DNA of 32,000 nucleotides from a cyanobacterium endosymbiont of Epithemia turgida isolate EtSB Lake Yunoko (lineage in GTDB: Bacteria > Cyanobacteriota > Cyanobacteriia > Cyanobacteriales > Microcystaceae): assembly GCF_000829235.1 (NCBI RefSeq), contig NZ_AP012549.1, positions 2,550,001-2,582,000 of the forward strand. Reading direction: 5' to 3'. Every line of letters begins with the position of its first letter. Positions within the stretch are counted from its first letter, which is position 1. Positions 1 to 11,799 of this stretch are shown piece by piece. The notes under the pieces were generated by a model, which searched no databases, was not told the DNA's origin, and saw nothing but the letters and a program-made list of their open reading frames with translations. A program made the position numbers and the translations under genes.

Positions 1-996
1 CAACCTTTAGGGTAAAACTATTCGGACTCTAAGCTATCAAAATCTTAAAAATTATTTATAAAGTAAATATTTATTTTTAAGAGAAAAAACTGTTTGCGAC
101 TACAGTATGCTAACTGTTTTTTAACCGAGTTATCAATTTTTCTCTTAAATAAGGGAAAACCATCAATAAAAAATATAGATAAAGATAAAATTAGGCTTCG
201 TTTTTAACTTAGATAAATAAAAGTTTCATTACTACAAAGGCAAGGATACTAGGCAGGGAAACTGAAACCACGGGAAAATAAGAAGCAGCTAGCTGGACAG
301 GAAAATGTAATTTACATGCTGTTTTTTTTACAAATCTATAAGCCTAATACTATAATCATCCGGTGACAGATTAAGATTGCAACATCAAAAATGTTACTGA
401 GAACTTTAGCTCAATGAGAAAATTATAAAGATTTTTTAAAATTATAAAGTAAGAAAAGTTAAAAAGAGCGGTACAGTGAATATACTTGGGGAAAGTTTAA
501 CAACTTACATTGAAGTGAAGTATTGACATAAAAATGGACGTAGTTGGGCATACTGAAGATTCTCAAGTTGGTAACCTTGCCACTTCTCTTAATTCTTAAG
601 GGGGGGGTCCTCGCGTTTATCAGAAATTTATCTGCCTATTGCTAAGGATTATCTTTTAAGCGTCGCGCGCAGGTTATAAATTAGTATGACCTATGGTTAT
701 TTCCTCTATGGACCTTTTGCTTTGCTAGGTCCCTTATGAAACACGGAGATAGATAGTAAAGCAAGGTGATTAGCTGTTGTAAATATAGTAGCTATTTTGA
801 CAATCTCTTTATCGATGTATGTTTTTTTTATTGGCAGTTGTGGAGGTGTATTTTTCGCTTATTTTCTTTACTAAACTTTTTATATTGATCTTGGACAAAC
901 AATATTAGGTTAAGTCAATTACTGCAACATAAGGTATAAAATAACAATTCCTCATTAATTATTTATAAAACAATGCTAGCCAATACCAGATTTTAT

Positions 997-3306
997 CTAT
1001 CGGCTTAGTATTTGCCTTATCCCTGCCATAATTTGTCCTAAAGCAATTCCACCATCATTGGGAGGTACTTTTCGGTGCCATACAGGTATTAATCGTTTTT
1101 GATTTAATCGACTGATTGCTTGTTCAGTTAAGTATTTGTTTTGAAAACATCCTCCTGTTAAAATAACTTTTTTTTCTGATATAATTTGAGAAATTTCAAT
1201 TATTACTTCAACTAGAGTATTATGAAATTTAGCTGAAATTTCTTCGATAGATAAATGTTTTGAAAGATCGTCCAAAATTTCTTTTATAATTAGCTGCCAA
1301 TCAACAATTAAAGGGAAATCGTTTCCTAATATTTCATAGGTATAGACTTTATCTGTTTTATAATTGATAGCTCTGTGTTCTAAGTCCATCGCTCCTTGTC
1401 CTTCAAAACTGGTCTGTTGACAAATCCCCAAAATAGAAGCCACCCCATCGAAAAGCCGTCCCACACTTGAAGTTAGCGGAGCATTCAAATTACGAGATAA
1501 CATCCGTTGAATTAATTTTAATTCTTTATTAGAAAAACTTTCAAATAATTGAGATATTTCTAAGCCATCAAAAGATCCAAACACTTCATAAAGTATGCCT
1601 AAAGCAATACGCCTCGGTTCCTTGACTGCCCGATGTCCTCCAGGCAATTTAAAAGATCGAAAATGAGCGACTCGTTGGTAACCATTATCAGTAACTAATA
1701 AAAACTCTCCCCCCCAGATTGTACCATCTTCTCCATAGCCTGTACCATCCCAAGCAACTCCTAAAACAGGTCCAGTAATTCCATTTTCTGCTATACAGGA
1801 GAGAACATGAGCATAATGATGTTGTACCTTAACCACCGGAAAACCTTGGGACTGAGCAAATTGACTTGAAAAATAGTCCGGATGTGCATCACAAGCGATA
1901 ATTTGAGGTTCAAAGTCATAAAGTCCTCTTAAACTGTCTATTACCTGATAAAAGGCACTTAAAGCTTGAGAATTACTTAAATTTCCAATATGTTGACTGA
2001 TAAAGACTTGATTGCTCCGTAAAATTGCCACCGTGTTTTTTGACTGTCCACCAGTTGCTAGAAGGGAGATCGATGGAGGTGAATGTTCAACTTCTGCATT
2101 TTGTATTTTGTCTTCTGACTTCAGAATAATGGGAAAAGGTGTATATCCTCTTGCACGACGAAGAACTACTTCTCGTCCTGCCATAACGCGAACCACAGAA
2201 TCATCTACAGATCGTAGAATAGGACGATTGTGGACTAAAAATACATCGGCAATATGTCCTAGTCTTTGTATGACTTCGCCTTCATCAATACAGATGGGCT
2301 CATCGGAGATGTTCCCACTGGTGGCAACTAAAGGGAATTTTAGACTGAAAAGTAACAAATGATGTAAAGGAGTATAGGGTAACATGACTCCCCAATAGGG
2401 ATTATTCGGAGCGACAGACTCCCACAAGTTGATGCAATTCGATCTACGTTTGAGTAAAACAATAGGAGACTCAGGAGAGGTTAATAATTCTTCTTCTAGA
2501 GGACTAATCTGACAATGGTTTTTAATTAACTCAAGGGATGGATACATTAAAGCAAAAGGTTTGTGCGGGCGATCTTTGCGTTGTCTTAGTTGCCTAATGG
2601 CATCAGGGTTACTTCCATCAGTCATTAGATGAAATCCTCCTAACCCTTTAACTGCTATGATTTTTCCCTCTTTTAAAGAATTTACTGCAATTTTAAGAGC
2701 TAAGTCTTGAATAGCTATACTGTTTCCTTGTTTATCCCAAAGGGCTAATTGGGGTCCACAATAGGAACATGCATTCGGCTGAGCGTGAAATCTACGATCA
2801 TGGGGGTTTTCATATTCCTGCTGACACTCAGAACACATAAAAAACTCTTTCATGGTAGTTCGAGGACGATCATAGGGTAAAGTTTCAATGATGGTATAAC
2901 GCGGACCGCAATTAGTGCAGTTAGTGAAAGGATAGCCATATCGTCGATTTTGGAGGTCAAAAATATCTCGTAAACAGTCGGGACAGGTGGCTAAGTCAGC
3001 CGGGATAATGGCATTTTTTTCTCCACCAACGCTGTGATGAATATCAAAGGTGGTGTACCCGATATAATCTAAATGAGTGGTTTCTATTGATTGAATGTGT
3101 GATCTCGGTGGGTTTTCTGTTTGTACTCTTGACAAAAACTCTTTGAGTATCTTGGATTCTCCTTCTACTTCGATATACACTCCTGATGCAGAATTATTAA
3201 CCCACCCTGTAAGATTCAATTCTGTGGCTAGTCGATAAATAAAAGGGCGAAATCCTACCCCTTGAACTGCCCCGAATATTCGCATTTTTAATCGTTTTTT
3301 AGTCAT
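997..3306 (-). CDS. hypF: [NiFe]-hydrogenase maturation carbamoyltransferase HypF
   Basis: 769-aa ORF with the full HypF architecture. It has an N-terminal acylphosphatase-like segment (VQGVGFRPFIYRLA) and two paired Cys zinc-finger motifs (CPDC...CTNCGP and CSEC...CSYCGP). A YrdC-like segment (AVKGLGGFHL) and a long Kae1/ASKHA-like C-terminal domain follow. No internal disruptions. Confidence 0.93.
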   Translation of the reverse strand: MTKKRLKMRIFGAVQGVGFRPFIYRLATELNLTGWVNNSASGVYIEVEGESKILKEFLSRVQTENPPRSHIQSIETTHLDYIGYTTFDIHHSVGGEKNAIIPADLATCPDCLRDIFDLQNRRYGYPFTNCTNCGPRYTIIETLPYDRPRTTMKEFFMCSECQQEYENPHDRRFHAQPNACSYCGPQLALWDKQGNSIAIQDLALKIAVNSLKEGKIIAVKGLGGFHLMTDGSNPDAIRQLRQRKDRPHKPFALMYPSLELIKNHCQISPLEEELLTSPESPIVLLKRRSNCINLWESVAPNNPYWGVMLPYTPLHHLLLFSLKFPLVATSGNISDEPICIDEGEVIQRLGHIADVFLVHNRPILRSVDDSVVRVMAGREVVLRRARGYTPFPIILKSEDKIQNAEVEHSPPSISLLATGGQSKNTVAILRSNQVFISQHIGNLSNSQALSAFYQVIDSLRGLYDFEPQIIACDAHPDYFSSQFAQSQGFPVVKVQHHYAHVLSCIAENGITGPVLGVAWDGTGYGEDGTIWGGEFLLVTDNGYQRVAHFRSFKLPGGHRAVKEPRRIALGILYEVFGSFDGLEISQLFESFSNKELKLIQRMLSRNLNAPLTSSVGRLFDGVASILGICQQTSFEGQGAMDLEHRAINYKTDKVYTYEILGNDFPLIVDWQLIIKEILDDLSKHLSIEEISAKFHNTLVEVIIEISQIISEKKVILTGGCFQNKYLTEQAISRLNQKRLIPVWHRKVPPNDGGIALGQIMAGIRQILSR

Positions 3307-3797
3307 TTACATTCTAAAAACTAGTGAAAAAAGAACCAACTTAACGGCTCTCTTTATTAGGACTTAAATAAAGCCTACAGCAACCGAAAATTGACAAATT
3401 ATTGCATACCTAAATTGTTGCTAATTCTGTCTAATTTAGACATCTTCCTTTGCAATTTGTCTCTAGGCTTTCTATATTTTCTTCAAGTTTAATCTGCCGT
3501 ATCTTAATTTATAAGCAAAATCTTTGTGCGGGTTGTTTGACTTAGTCTCAAACTTCTCATCTATCTAATCTAATTTACTGTCTTCAGATTTTAAATGGTT
3601 CCTTTGCCAGGAATATGTTTTTATCTATGTATTGGACTTTTAGTCACTTCCAATATATTCTAATTATTTATTAAAATATATTGACCCCTGGTTATTTTAT
3701 AGGTAACTAAAAATATTAAAGCTTAGAAGATAAATGGGGATAAAGATTATATTTTTTCTATTTAAAATCCCCAGTAGCTTATTAATAATGTCTCAAC

Positions 3798-5267
3798 TTA
3801 TCGTCCCCCAACAGTAATTTTGTCAACTTTTAAATGGGGTTGTCCCACTGTAACGTAAATACTTCCACTGACAGAACCACAGAAACCAGGTGCCAACCCT
3901 AAGTCTTGAGAACACATAGAAATCTCCGTCATAATATCTTTGGCGCTTCCAATTAAAGTTGCACCTTTGAGGGGTTTGGTCACTTTTCCCTTTTCAATCA
4001 GATAAGCTTCAGAAACGGAAAAGTTAAACTCACTAGTAGGTCCAACACTTCCCCCTCCCATTTGCTTACAATAAATTCCTTTGTCGACTGACGCAAACAA
4101 ATTATCAATAGAATAATCACCGGGAGCAATATAAGTATTTCGCATTCGTGAGGCTGCAGCATAGGTATGATTTTGACGGCGACCACTTCCTGTACGAGGA
4201 TGTCCGGTACGGACTGAGCCGGCACGATCAGCTATAAAGTTCTTTAAAATACCGTTTTCAATCAATAAAGTACGTTGTGTGGGCATTCCTTCATCGTCTA
4301 TATCCAAGGTTCCAAATTCCTGATTGGATAACCCCTCATCCCAAGCAGTTAAGCTTTCATGGGCAATCTTTTCACCTTTTTTCTCCATAAAAGGAGTGGT
4401 TTTATGTTCAATTTGGGTAGTTTCTAATAAATGTCCGCAGGCTTCGTGGAAAATGACTCCACCAAACTGATTAGCCATGATAATGGGATAACTCCCTGAT
4501 TCTACATAATCTGCATAGAGCATTTTACCCGCAGATTCAGCTACTTCTTCAGCAGCAGTTTCGTAGTCCCATTCCCGTAGGAAACCAGGATCACTGGTAT
4601 TGCCAAACCGTTTACCTATAGAGGCGCGATGTTCCCCATCGGAACATAATAGTGAATGACCCACAGATTGCGTCAAACGAATATCTCTAGCAAAAACCCC
4701 GTCACTAGTGGCAATCAAGATTTCCTGCCAGTCGCGAAAATACATAACCCGACGAGATTGAACATGACTGGCTTTTTGTCCTAGTTTGGCGTTAGCTGAC
4801 ACAAGAATATCTCCCATTTCTGCAATGGAACTACAGTTACCTAACCAAAGTTCCTTATCTTTTACTTTTGCATAGTCTCGCATCATTTCTAGGTTAATTT
4901 CAGGAATGTAAGCGTTAGGGGAAGGACAGGTTAACTCTAAAATAGATAATGCTTTTTCTAGAGTCACTTTTAGCCCGGTAAAAGAGGTATCATTAGTGCT
5001 GACATAACAATCTTTTTTACCTCGAAATACACGAATACCAGCCCCTGTGGAGAGACGAGGGGATAGACTAGTGATGATATCTTGTTCGGCTAAACAACTG
5101 ATATAGTTTACCCGTTCAAGAAAAAATTCGACAAAATCCGCCCCTGCTGCCCGTCCCAATCCTAGTAAAGTAGATAAGGGGTCCTGCCAACTTTGATCAA
5201 AGTGATCGCTGCTAGAATGATAAGTCAGGTCGGGGAGTTCTTTAGACGTTAATAATGTGGGTGTCAT
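3798..5267 (-). CDS. tldD: TldD-family metalloprotease
   Basis: 489-aa ORF of typical TldD length. It carries the HExxxH-type motif in [14 protein letters not shown] and a Gly-rich C-terminal TldD/PmbA signature ([13 protein letters not shown]...GFCGSVSGS). Confidence 0.85.
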   Translation of the reverse strand: MTPTLLTSKELPDLTYHSSSDHFDQSWQDPLSTLLGLGRAAGADFVEFFLERVNYISCLAEQDIITSLSPRLSTGAGIRVFRGKKDCYVSTNDTSFTGLKVTLEKALSILELTCPSPNAYIPEINLEMMRDYAKVKDKELWLGNCSSIAEMGDILVSANAKLGQKASHVQSRRVMYFRDWQEILIATSDGVFARDIRLTQSVGHSLLCSDGEHRASIGKRFGNTSDPGFLREWDYETAAEEVAESAGKMLYADYVESGSYPIIMANQFGGVIFHEACGHLLETTQIEHKTTPFMEKKGEKIAHESLTAWDEGLSNQEFGTLDIDDEGMPTQRTLLIENGILKNFIADRAGSVRTGHPRTGSGRRQNHTYAAASRMRNTYIAPGDYSIDNLFASVDKGIYCKQMGGGSVGPTSEFNFSVSEAYLIEKGKVTKPLKGATLIGSAKDIMTEISMCSQDLGLAPGFCGSVSGSIYVTVGQPHLKVDKITVGGR

Positions 5268-6320
5268 ATAATTGTGTTCCTTAACTAGCTTTCGCTGATA
5301 TTGCTCATTTAGTAGGGGCGTATTGGTTAGTTTAACTCATCTTTCAACGAGCTTATATTGTATTTATCAAGGATTTAATGAAGATTTGATAAATCAATTT
5401 TTTCCTGACAACTGCAAAGTTTATTTTAAGATTTTCTCACCAATGCGAAGATCTGCTTGCAACAATCCTGAAATCAATAGTTCGATTTTAGAGATAACTC
5501 CCTTACACTTCTCCCACAGCTACTTCCCACTGTTTCTAATTACTTTTCAATCAAGTGGTCTAGCAAAGTAACATGCTTTTTTGTCATAACAAAAAAGCAA
5601 AATATATTTTAATTCTATTACTAAAGCAATTGCTTCAGTTTCTTCAGTATTTATTTAAATTTTAAAATTTAACACAACAACGACATGTTTTAAGGTCAAC
5701 CCATTCAAACAATTTACAGGTAATTTTGATTATAGTAATTGCGGTGGTTTAAAATTACTTTTGTAAATTTATTTTTTTTAGATATTTTTTAATAAATAGA
5801 TAGTTTGATTAACTAAGAATAAATATTTATTATTATAAATATATACTTATTTTTTATTCTTTTAGACCCCTAAAATAATACTTAAATTTAGCTTTTTTTA
5901 TCGAAAATTACCTATTTTTATCTTGACTTTTTATGGTACTCTTAGAACAGATATCATTTCGATTAATTCAATACAGATTATTTTTTTAAAAAAAAATTAA
6001 GCGGTAATTCACCTAATTTACAGATAGTAATAGTGATAATTTTGTCTGTGTTTATTTATACTAAAAATTATTTATTATTCTTCAAATATTTTATAATTAA
6101 TTTATATTATGTTAATAGCAAATATTAGAACATTTATCATTAACATTATAATATTTATGCTTTTAAAAAATAAGTATCAAGTAAACCATTTATTTATAGA
6201 GACTAAAATTATATTTTTGATATAAAAATAAATTATATAATTATGAATATAAGTTATATAATTTATATATTGTAATTCTATTTTTTAGGTTTGTTTTTTT
6301 CGGTATTTTCCAAAATTAAT

Positions 6321-6364
6321 ATAGATTTTAAACGTGAAAAAATTTTTTCACGTTTAAAATCTAT
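6321..6364. repeat. Perfect 44-nt palindrome (22+22, no spacer)
   Basis: atagattttaaacgtgaaaaaa | ttttttcacgtttaaaatctat. I verified the reverse complement by hand. Confidence 0.9.
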
Positions 6365-6710
6365 CCAAATTATCACTACTAATGATACGTTTATTTTTTG
6401 ATAAAACTACCTAAGAGAATATTTAAACTGCTTTTTGAATTTAAAGTAATAGAATTTTTTATTTATCAAAATTATAAATTAATGGTAATATATATACTAC
6501 TCAATTTATAATTTGATAGGTTTTTATATTTTATAATCCCATTCTCGTTAAAATATTATAAATAGCTATTGAAAGCAGTTGGTATTGAAATGAGTAATTT
6601 TTCTATTAATCGTAGTTTTTAATTAATTTTCCAAAAACTAATTGGTCTTAGTATTTTTTTATTCATCAAGAATGTAGTTAGATTGTTAGTCAATTGAATT
6701 TAAAAACAAT

Positions 6711-6744
6711 ATATGTTAATACTATATTGATAGTATTAACATAT
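6711..6744. repeat. Perfect hairpin palindrome, 15-bp arms and 4-nt loop
   Basis: atatgttaatactat / attg / atagtattaacatat. Confidence 0.85.
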
Positions 6745-7072
6745 CAATAATAATTGTATTGAATTAAAATATTTACATTGTCCGATTGTGATAATAAAAT
6801 TATCTACTGACAACCTAAATTTATTATATAAAACTGAATGATTATATTTATTGATAGTGTAATTGTAATATGTATTTACTTAAAAATAAGTAGACTATAT
6901 CTAGCTTGCTTATTTTCTATTTCTTATTAATAGAAGTCATTAATTCATATTTTTTTTTAAAAAAAAGTACTTTATTTGAGTATCTTAGCTTGATTATATT
7001 TATTTTTAAACATTTTTATTATATCCCTAAAAAGAGAGTAATTTTTATTTGTATAGGTTAATTTCTTTGATC

Positions 7073-7104
7073 TAAACTACTTGTATACAATTAGTAATTA
7101 TTAA
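7073..7104 (+). repeat. Dispersed repeat core, copy A (partner at 12144-12175)
   Basis: taaactacttgtat-N6-agtaattattaa recurs with identical spacing at 12144-12175, matching at 28 of 32 positions by hand alignment. Looser similarity continues for about 80 nt downstream through a shared 'ttgctata' and a T-run, with a roughly 23-nt indel. Confidence 0.6.
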
Positions 7105-7271
7105 AAGTAATTACCGTCTCTATTCCTTTGTCTTTGCTATATTTTAAACTACATTTATTTTTTTGTATATTTTTTTAGTAAACTTTCTTTTTTATACTGC
7201 ATATCAATAAAACATAATTAAAATTTTTATTCCTTTCTTAGGCTACTATAGTATTTAGCCAATTTTTTTAG

Positions 7272-7324
7272 TTTATAAAATTATTGATATAATATTTAGA
7301 ATGTTATATCAATAATTTTATAAA
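7272..7324. repeat. Perfect hairpin palindrome, 21-bp arms and 11-nt loop
   Basis: tttataaaattattgatataa / tatttagaatg / ttatatcaataattttataaa. Confidence 0.9.
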
Positions 7325-8002
7325 ATTCATATAATAAAATATACCTTATTCAAGAGTCAAACTATATTTTTTATAGATAGAAAAAATATCAATTACTATT
7401 ATCAATTATTGGTTCATATTTCTATCCTCTTTTTAGGGAAAAATAAATTTATCTTTTGCTCTTTTTTAGGTTCTTACAGTAATTATTAGTTAATATCTGT
7501 ACAATTTTTTTACTTTTCAAAAAAGACCATAATCATTCTGGGTTTTAAATAGTTTCTATATAAACCATTTTTTTTATTTATTATCTTTTATAATACTTCC
7601 ATTCAGTCTGCAATTTCTTTAATGTTTGATTTTGTTGTATTTAAAGACAACATTTTTACTTTTGTTCTCGTTCTCGAAAAAATTTTGAGGCTGCAAGTTA
7701 ATTTGAATAGTTCTTGCTCTTCTAACTCTGTTAATTTAATTTTTAGGCAGACTGGCATCTAATGATTGCCCGTTATAAAAATACTTCTCTGGTTTATATT
7801 TATTTAAGGTTTTTGACTTGCCAATAATTTTTTATTAGTAACAATTATGAATATTTATTTATACAAATATCTACAACTTGGTAGCAAACTAAGCAGAATT
7901 GATCACTATTTAGGGAGTATAATAGAAAGAGTAGACTCTAAAACAGTTTCCAATCTTGTCCTTATTCCTCATGAATTTTGAAATTTTTCTTCTTTTCCTC
8001 TT

Positions 8003-8179
8003 ATGCAACATATTATTAAACCCTTTAAACCAGATAAACTCTATGAGGTAATTGTTAGCGCTTGCTTTTCCATTAAAGCAACCTCAAAGGAGGAAGCTAA
8101 ACAAAAATTAGAAGCGTTACTCAGTGAAATTGATGCAGATCACTGGCAATTCGAACGTATTAATGAAGCTGAACATTGA
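8003..8179 (+). CDS. Candidate small protein, 58 aa, unknown function
   Basis: ATG..TGA ORF below the ORF-track length cutoff. It translates to MQHIIKPFKPDKLYEVIVSACFSIKATSKEEAKQKLEALLSEIDADHWQFERINEAEH. The composition is balanced and protein-like, suggesting a beta-alpha pattern, and the segment is clearly GC-richer than the flanking desert. There is no obvious SD and I recognise no family. Confidence 0.35.
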   Translation: MQHIIKPFKPDKLYEVIVSACFSIKATSKEEAKQKLEALLSEIDADHWQFERINEAEH

Positions 8180-9387
8180 AGTTAATAATCGATAGTTAAT
8201 AATGAATAGTTTGGTTACAATCAATGATTTTTAAAATAGATGTAAGGATGTACGATTTAATTTTTGGTTGCTGAATTGGAATTATTGGAAGCTAAAACTA
8301 ATTAATTTATTGTCGTCAAATCTCGCATTATTTCTAATGGTTAGCGGTATTTTAGGTAGATTGCTATCAGCAATTACATGATAAATGGATAGGTTAGGTG
8401 TTAAAAGATGAAGAATATGATTCCTGTTACACATTTAATTATCCTTTTACTCAGTCTAATAAAATGAGTAAATTAGAAGCATTACCCCCAAAATTTATTA
8501 TTACTCTAAAATAAAAGCGATCAGGATATCTTTAAAATTCAATGATTAATTTAACTTTTATTAGTATCTTTCATTAATAAATTTATCCTTTTAAGTTTTT
8601 GATTAATTTCTAAAACTTTGACAGTTTATATTATTTGTCATAACTTATTTAAGATCATTAATAAAATAATTAGCTACTATAAGAAACATAAATTAGTCCA
8701 TCTTGGCGAGTATAACATCAACAAAAATACTAAAGTAACCTACATTAAGTATAATTATTTCAATTGTCTATTCTTAAGAAATTTACGTAATAATAATAAA
8801 GTTTTATAAAGTAAGTGATCTAATTCTTTCAGTAATAAAAAGATATTTAAATGTTAGTTTTTTATATTACTAATATAATTGGTAATTATAGATAAAAAAT
8901 ATTAAAATTAATAAAAATTATTTTGATAAATGGCTGATTTATAGAATAGATATCCTATGATTTTAAAGATTACTTACCCCTCTCACTATTTTAAATTATA
9001 CTGATTCTCAAAAAAGATTATGAACGGCAAAAATATTTTTAATAATTAAATTGATAGTTATTTTTTTATTTAGTAAATAAATACTATTATATACGATTGT
9101 CAAGTTAATACTAGAGACAAAACTTAGAAGTTTTATTTAAATTCATTTAAGGTAAAACACAGAAATATAATAAATACAATTATTTATAATTAGTTTTAAG
9201 ATATTTCATTTATTTAAAGCTGAAAAACGGCTAAATTTTTGCAATATTAAATAATTAATTATAATCAAAATAAATTTTAAAAATAGTAAAACTCACCTCT
9301 TAATAAAAAATTTAAATTGCTCTATCTTTTACATAAATTGCTAATAAGATAAATAACCTAAAATAAATAATTTATTTATAAAACTTA

Positions 9388-9424
9388 ATATTTAAAGATA
9401 AAATACGGTTTTATCTTTAAATAT
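9388..9424. repeat. Perfect hairpin palindrome, 16-bp arms and 5-nt loop
   Basis: atatttaaagataaaa / tacgg / ttttatctttaaatat. Confidence 0.8.
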
Positions 9425-10573
9425 GCTGATATAATATATTTTTATCCCTCGTTAAGGATCACAATATATTTCTTTAATTAAATAAACTAAGAGTTCAGTT
9501 TAAAGATAAAAAATAAAATGCTTTTGACTAAACAATTAAAGTTGATACTGATATATTATTGACAGGCTTATTTTTTTTAAAAAAATAACTTTATAGTTGA
9601 TGAATTAATAATTTTAATAGATCAAATTAACCTTTTATTTTTATAATTTAGTAGTAATTAATTTTGTATATTATCTTAATTTATAAATTAAAGATAAGTT
9701 TTTTAGTTGAGTTTTATAGAAATAAGATTTTATTTTTTAGATTTCTAACAAGTTTATTTTATAAAACTATCGCTTTTAATATAGTAAATTATTATTTTTA
9801 AAACTTAGTAAAATCATTAGTTTATACCGAACTGATGATGTGTAATTAGCTAATTAAATTTAAAAATTAAAATTTTATAGATGTTTTAAACCTAGAACAT
9901 CTTCTTTTAATTAATCTCAATTTAATTATCAATACCTTGATATTTGAAAATAATTGACTAGTTATATTAGTCTTAATATTTAATTAAAATCAGCTAAAAC
10001 CCTACTGTTTAAATCTGACATAATTGTTTTTATTAATTAGTATTTAAGAGCTACATCTATCTCTTGTATAAGGTTTTTATCATCATGTAATTGAGTATTA
10101 ACTTGTTTTGTTATAATAAATATATTTACTGCTACTTTAGCTTCTAGTATTAATTGATTAATAAAATCATCATCAGGGTTTTAAAAAAATAAACTAACTT
10201 TTTTAAAGTTAATTAAATTATTACCTTATTTTGGGGCTACTTTTTATGAACCTATTAATTTGTTTAAAAATTTTATAAGTAGAAAGATTCCTTTTTAAGA
10301 CTAAAAAAATAAGAAAATTAATTAACTAAAAATTAAACATAAAAGTCTAAATATTATTTAACTAGGCTGTATTTAATTAAGCTCAAAATTAACATCCAAT
10401 TTATGCTTACTAATATTTCTATTAGTTTCTAGTTTTATTTTAGACTTTTTCACTAAAGTAAAGTATGTTTTTTGTATTAGTTTAAAGTTTATCTATCTTT
10501 TTAAAAGTATTGTTCATTGATATCTAATTGTACATAATGTATATATTACTTTAATATAAAAAGGATAATGAAG

Positions 10574-10603
10574 ATCAAAAATAACCTAGGAAAACCTCCT
10601 AGG
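10574..10603 (-). terminator. Putative intrinsic terminator of hpnH
   Basis: On the minus strand, about 45 nt after the hpnH stop, the sequence reads CCTAGGA-GGTTT-TCCTAGG. This is a 7-bp stem with a 5-nt loop, followed by TTATTTTTG. Confidence 0.45.
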
Positions 10604-10649
10604 ATAATATGAAATTGTCCAATTTCTAAGAATTTATTTTTGACAACCC

Positions 10650-11666
10650 TTAAACAATAAATAGACTTTTTAAAACACGTCCCATATTAGCAAGCTTTAT
10701 TGCATCTACAGCTGCAGTTGGTTCATAACCACAATGTACCATACAATCAACACATTGAGGATTACCACTTTTGTTACCATAAGTATTCCAATTAGTTTCT
10801 TCTAACAGTTCTTGAAAAGTTTTATAATGACCTTCATTCAACAGATAACATGGTTTTTGCCAACCAAGAACACTATAACTGGGACTTCCCCAGGGAGTGC
10901 ATTCATAATCTTTCTCTCCTAATAGAAAATCTAAAAATAGAGGATTATGATTAAAATTCCATTTCTTTTTACCTGACTTCCAAGGACTCAAAATTTCTCG
11001 GAATAATGCCTTAGTTTGTTCTCGTTTTAAGAAATGATCTTGATCGGGAGCCCATTCATAACTATAACCTGGAGAAATCATTATACCATCGGTTTTTAAA
11101 TGGTCAAGAAAATCAAAAAACTCCTGCATTTCTTGGGGATCTGATCCTTTAAAAACCGTTGTATTTGTAGTTACTCTAAATCCTTTCGTCTTCGCTGCTT
11201 TAATTCCGATGATCGCTTTATCAAAAACTCCTTGGCGATCAACACATTCATCATGTTTTTTTTGTAACCCATCAAGATGAACACTAAAAGTTAGATATAG
11301 AGACGGTTCAAACTTGTAGAGACTTTTCTCTAATAAGAGAGCATTAGTACATAAATAAACAAACTTTTTACGTTGTATCAATCCTTTGACAATTTCATCA
11401 ATTTGTGGATGTAATAAAGGTTCTCCTCCTGGGATAGATACTACCGGTGCGCCACATTCTTCTACCGCAGCAAAGCATTCTTCTGGGGTCAGGTTGCGCT
11501 TAAGAATGTCTGGCGGATGTTGAATCTTCCCACATCCTGAACAGGCTAAATTACAACGAAATAGAGGTTCTAACATCAATACCAAGGGAAAACGTTGACG
11601 ACCAAATAAACGTTGACTGATTATATAAGTCCCCACCTTAAGTGCTTGTCGTAATTGAACAGCCAT
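10650..11666 (-). CDS. hpnH: Hopanoid biosynthesis radical-SAM protein HpnH (adenosyl-hopene transferase)
   Basis: Radical-SAM CxxxCxxC motif ([11 protein letters not shown]) and overall HpnH-like sequence and length. The ORF track starts at a TTG at 11726. The ATG at 11666 ([16 protein letters not shown]...) fits the family N-terminus better, so I use that start. Confidence 0.85.
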   Translation of the reverse strand: MAVQLRQALKVGTYIISQRLFGRQRFPLVLMLEPLFRCNLACSGCGKIQHPPDILKRNLTPEECFAAVEECGAPVVSIPGGEPLLHPQIDEIVKGLIQRKKFVYLCTNALLLEKSLYKFEPSLYLTFSVHLDGLQKKHDECVDRQGVFDKAIIGIKAAKTKGFRVTTNTTVFKGSDPQEMQEFFDFLDHLKTDGIMISPGYSYEWAPDQDHFLKREQTKALFREILSPWKSGKKKWNFNHNPLFLDFLLGEKDYECTPWGSPSYSVLGWQKPCYLLNEGHYKTFQELLEETNWNTYGNKSGNPQCVDCMVHCGYEPTAAVDAIKLANMGRVLKSLFIV

Positions 11667-11799
11667 ATATTTTTTTAGACCTCTGAATTTCTCAACATTA
11701 TAAACACAGTGGTTACTAATTGACAAATTGCGCAGAATATAAACTCTCTAAAATAGACAAAATAATTGCTATATATTGAATGAACTTAAAACTGCCTAA

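Larger units (their letters stand above)
5268..10649. other. About 5.4 kb gene desert of extremely AT-rich non-coding DNA, with one GC-richer island at about 7560-8530
   Basis: The supplied ORF track shows only two ORFs here (5323-5571, 8618-8809). Both are low-complexity products of AT-rich sequence. Stops are dense in all six frames, and visual composition is dominated by A/T runs. Confidence 0.8.

Noticed and set aside
7560-7760. A LuxR- or sigma-70-region-4-type HTH relic (LTELEEQELFKL ... KSNIKEIAD).
   Set aside because: The spacing between the two motif-like strings, about 25 residues, does not fit either HTH family. I keep it only as generic coding-like debris.
8408-8467. A 19-codon hydrophobic ORF (MKNMIPVTHLIILLLSLIK) with an AGGTG upstream, considered as a possible type-I-toxin-like peptide.
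   Set aside because: It is too short and compositionally unremarkable for AT/T-rich DNA, and nothing else supports it.
5981-9585. Palindromic T(n)A(n) tracts at 5981-5996 (T7A9), 6950-6966 (T9A8) and 9571-9585 (T8A7).
   Set aside because: These are simple homopolymer junctions, expected in DNA of this composition, with no shared flanking sequence.
5572-10573. A CRISPR array or other regularly spaced repeat array in the desert.
   Set aside because: I could not find any direct repeat recurring at regular spacing. The only recurring items are short AT-rich words and isolated palindromes.
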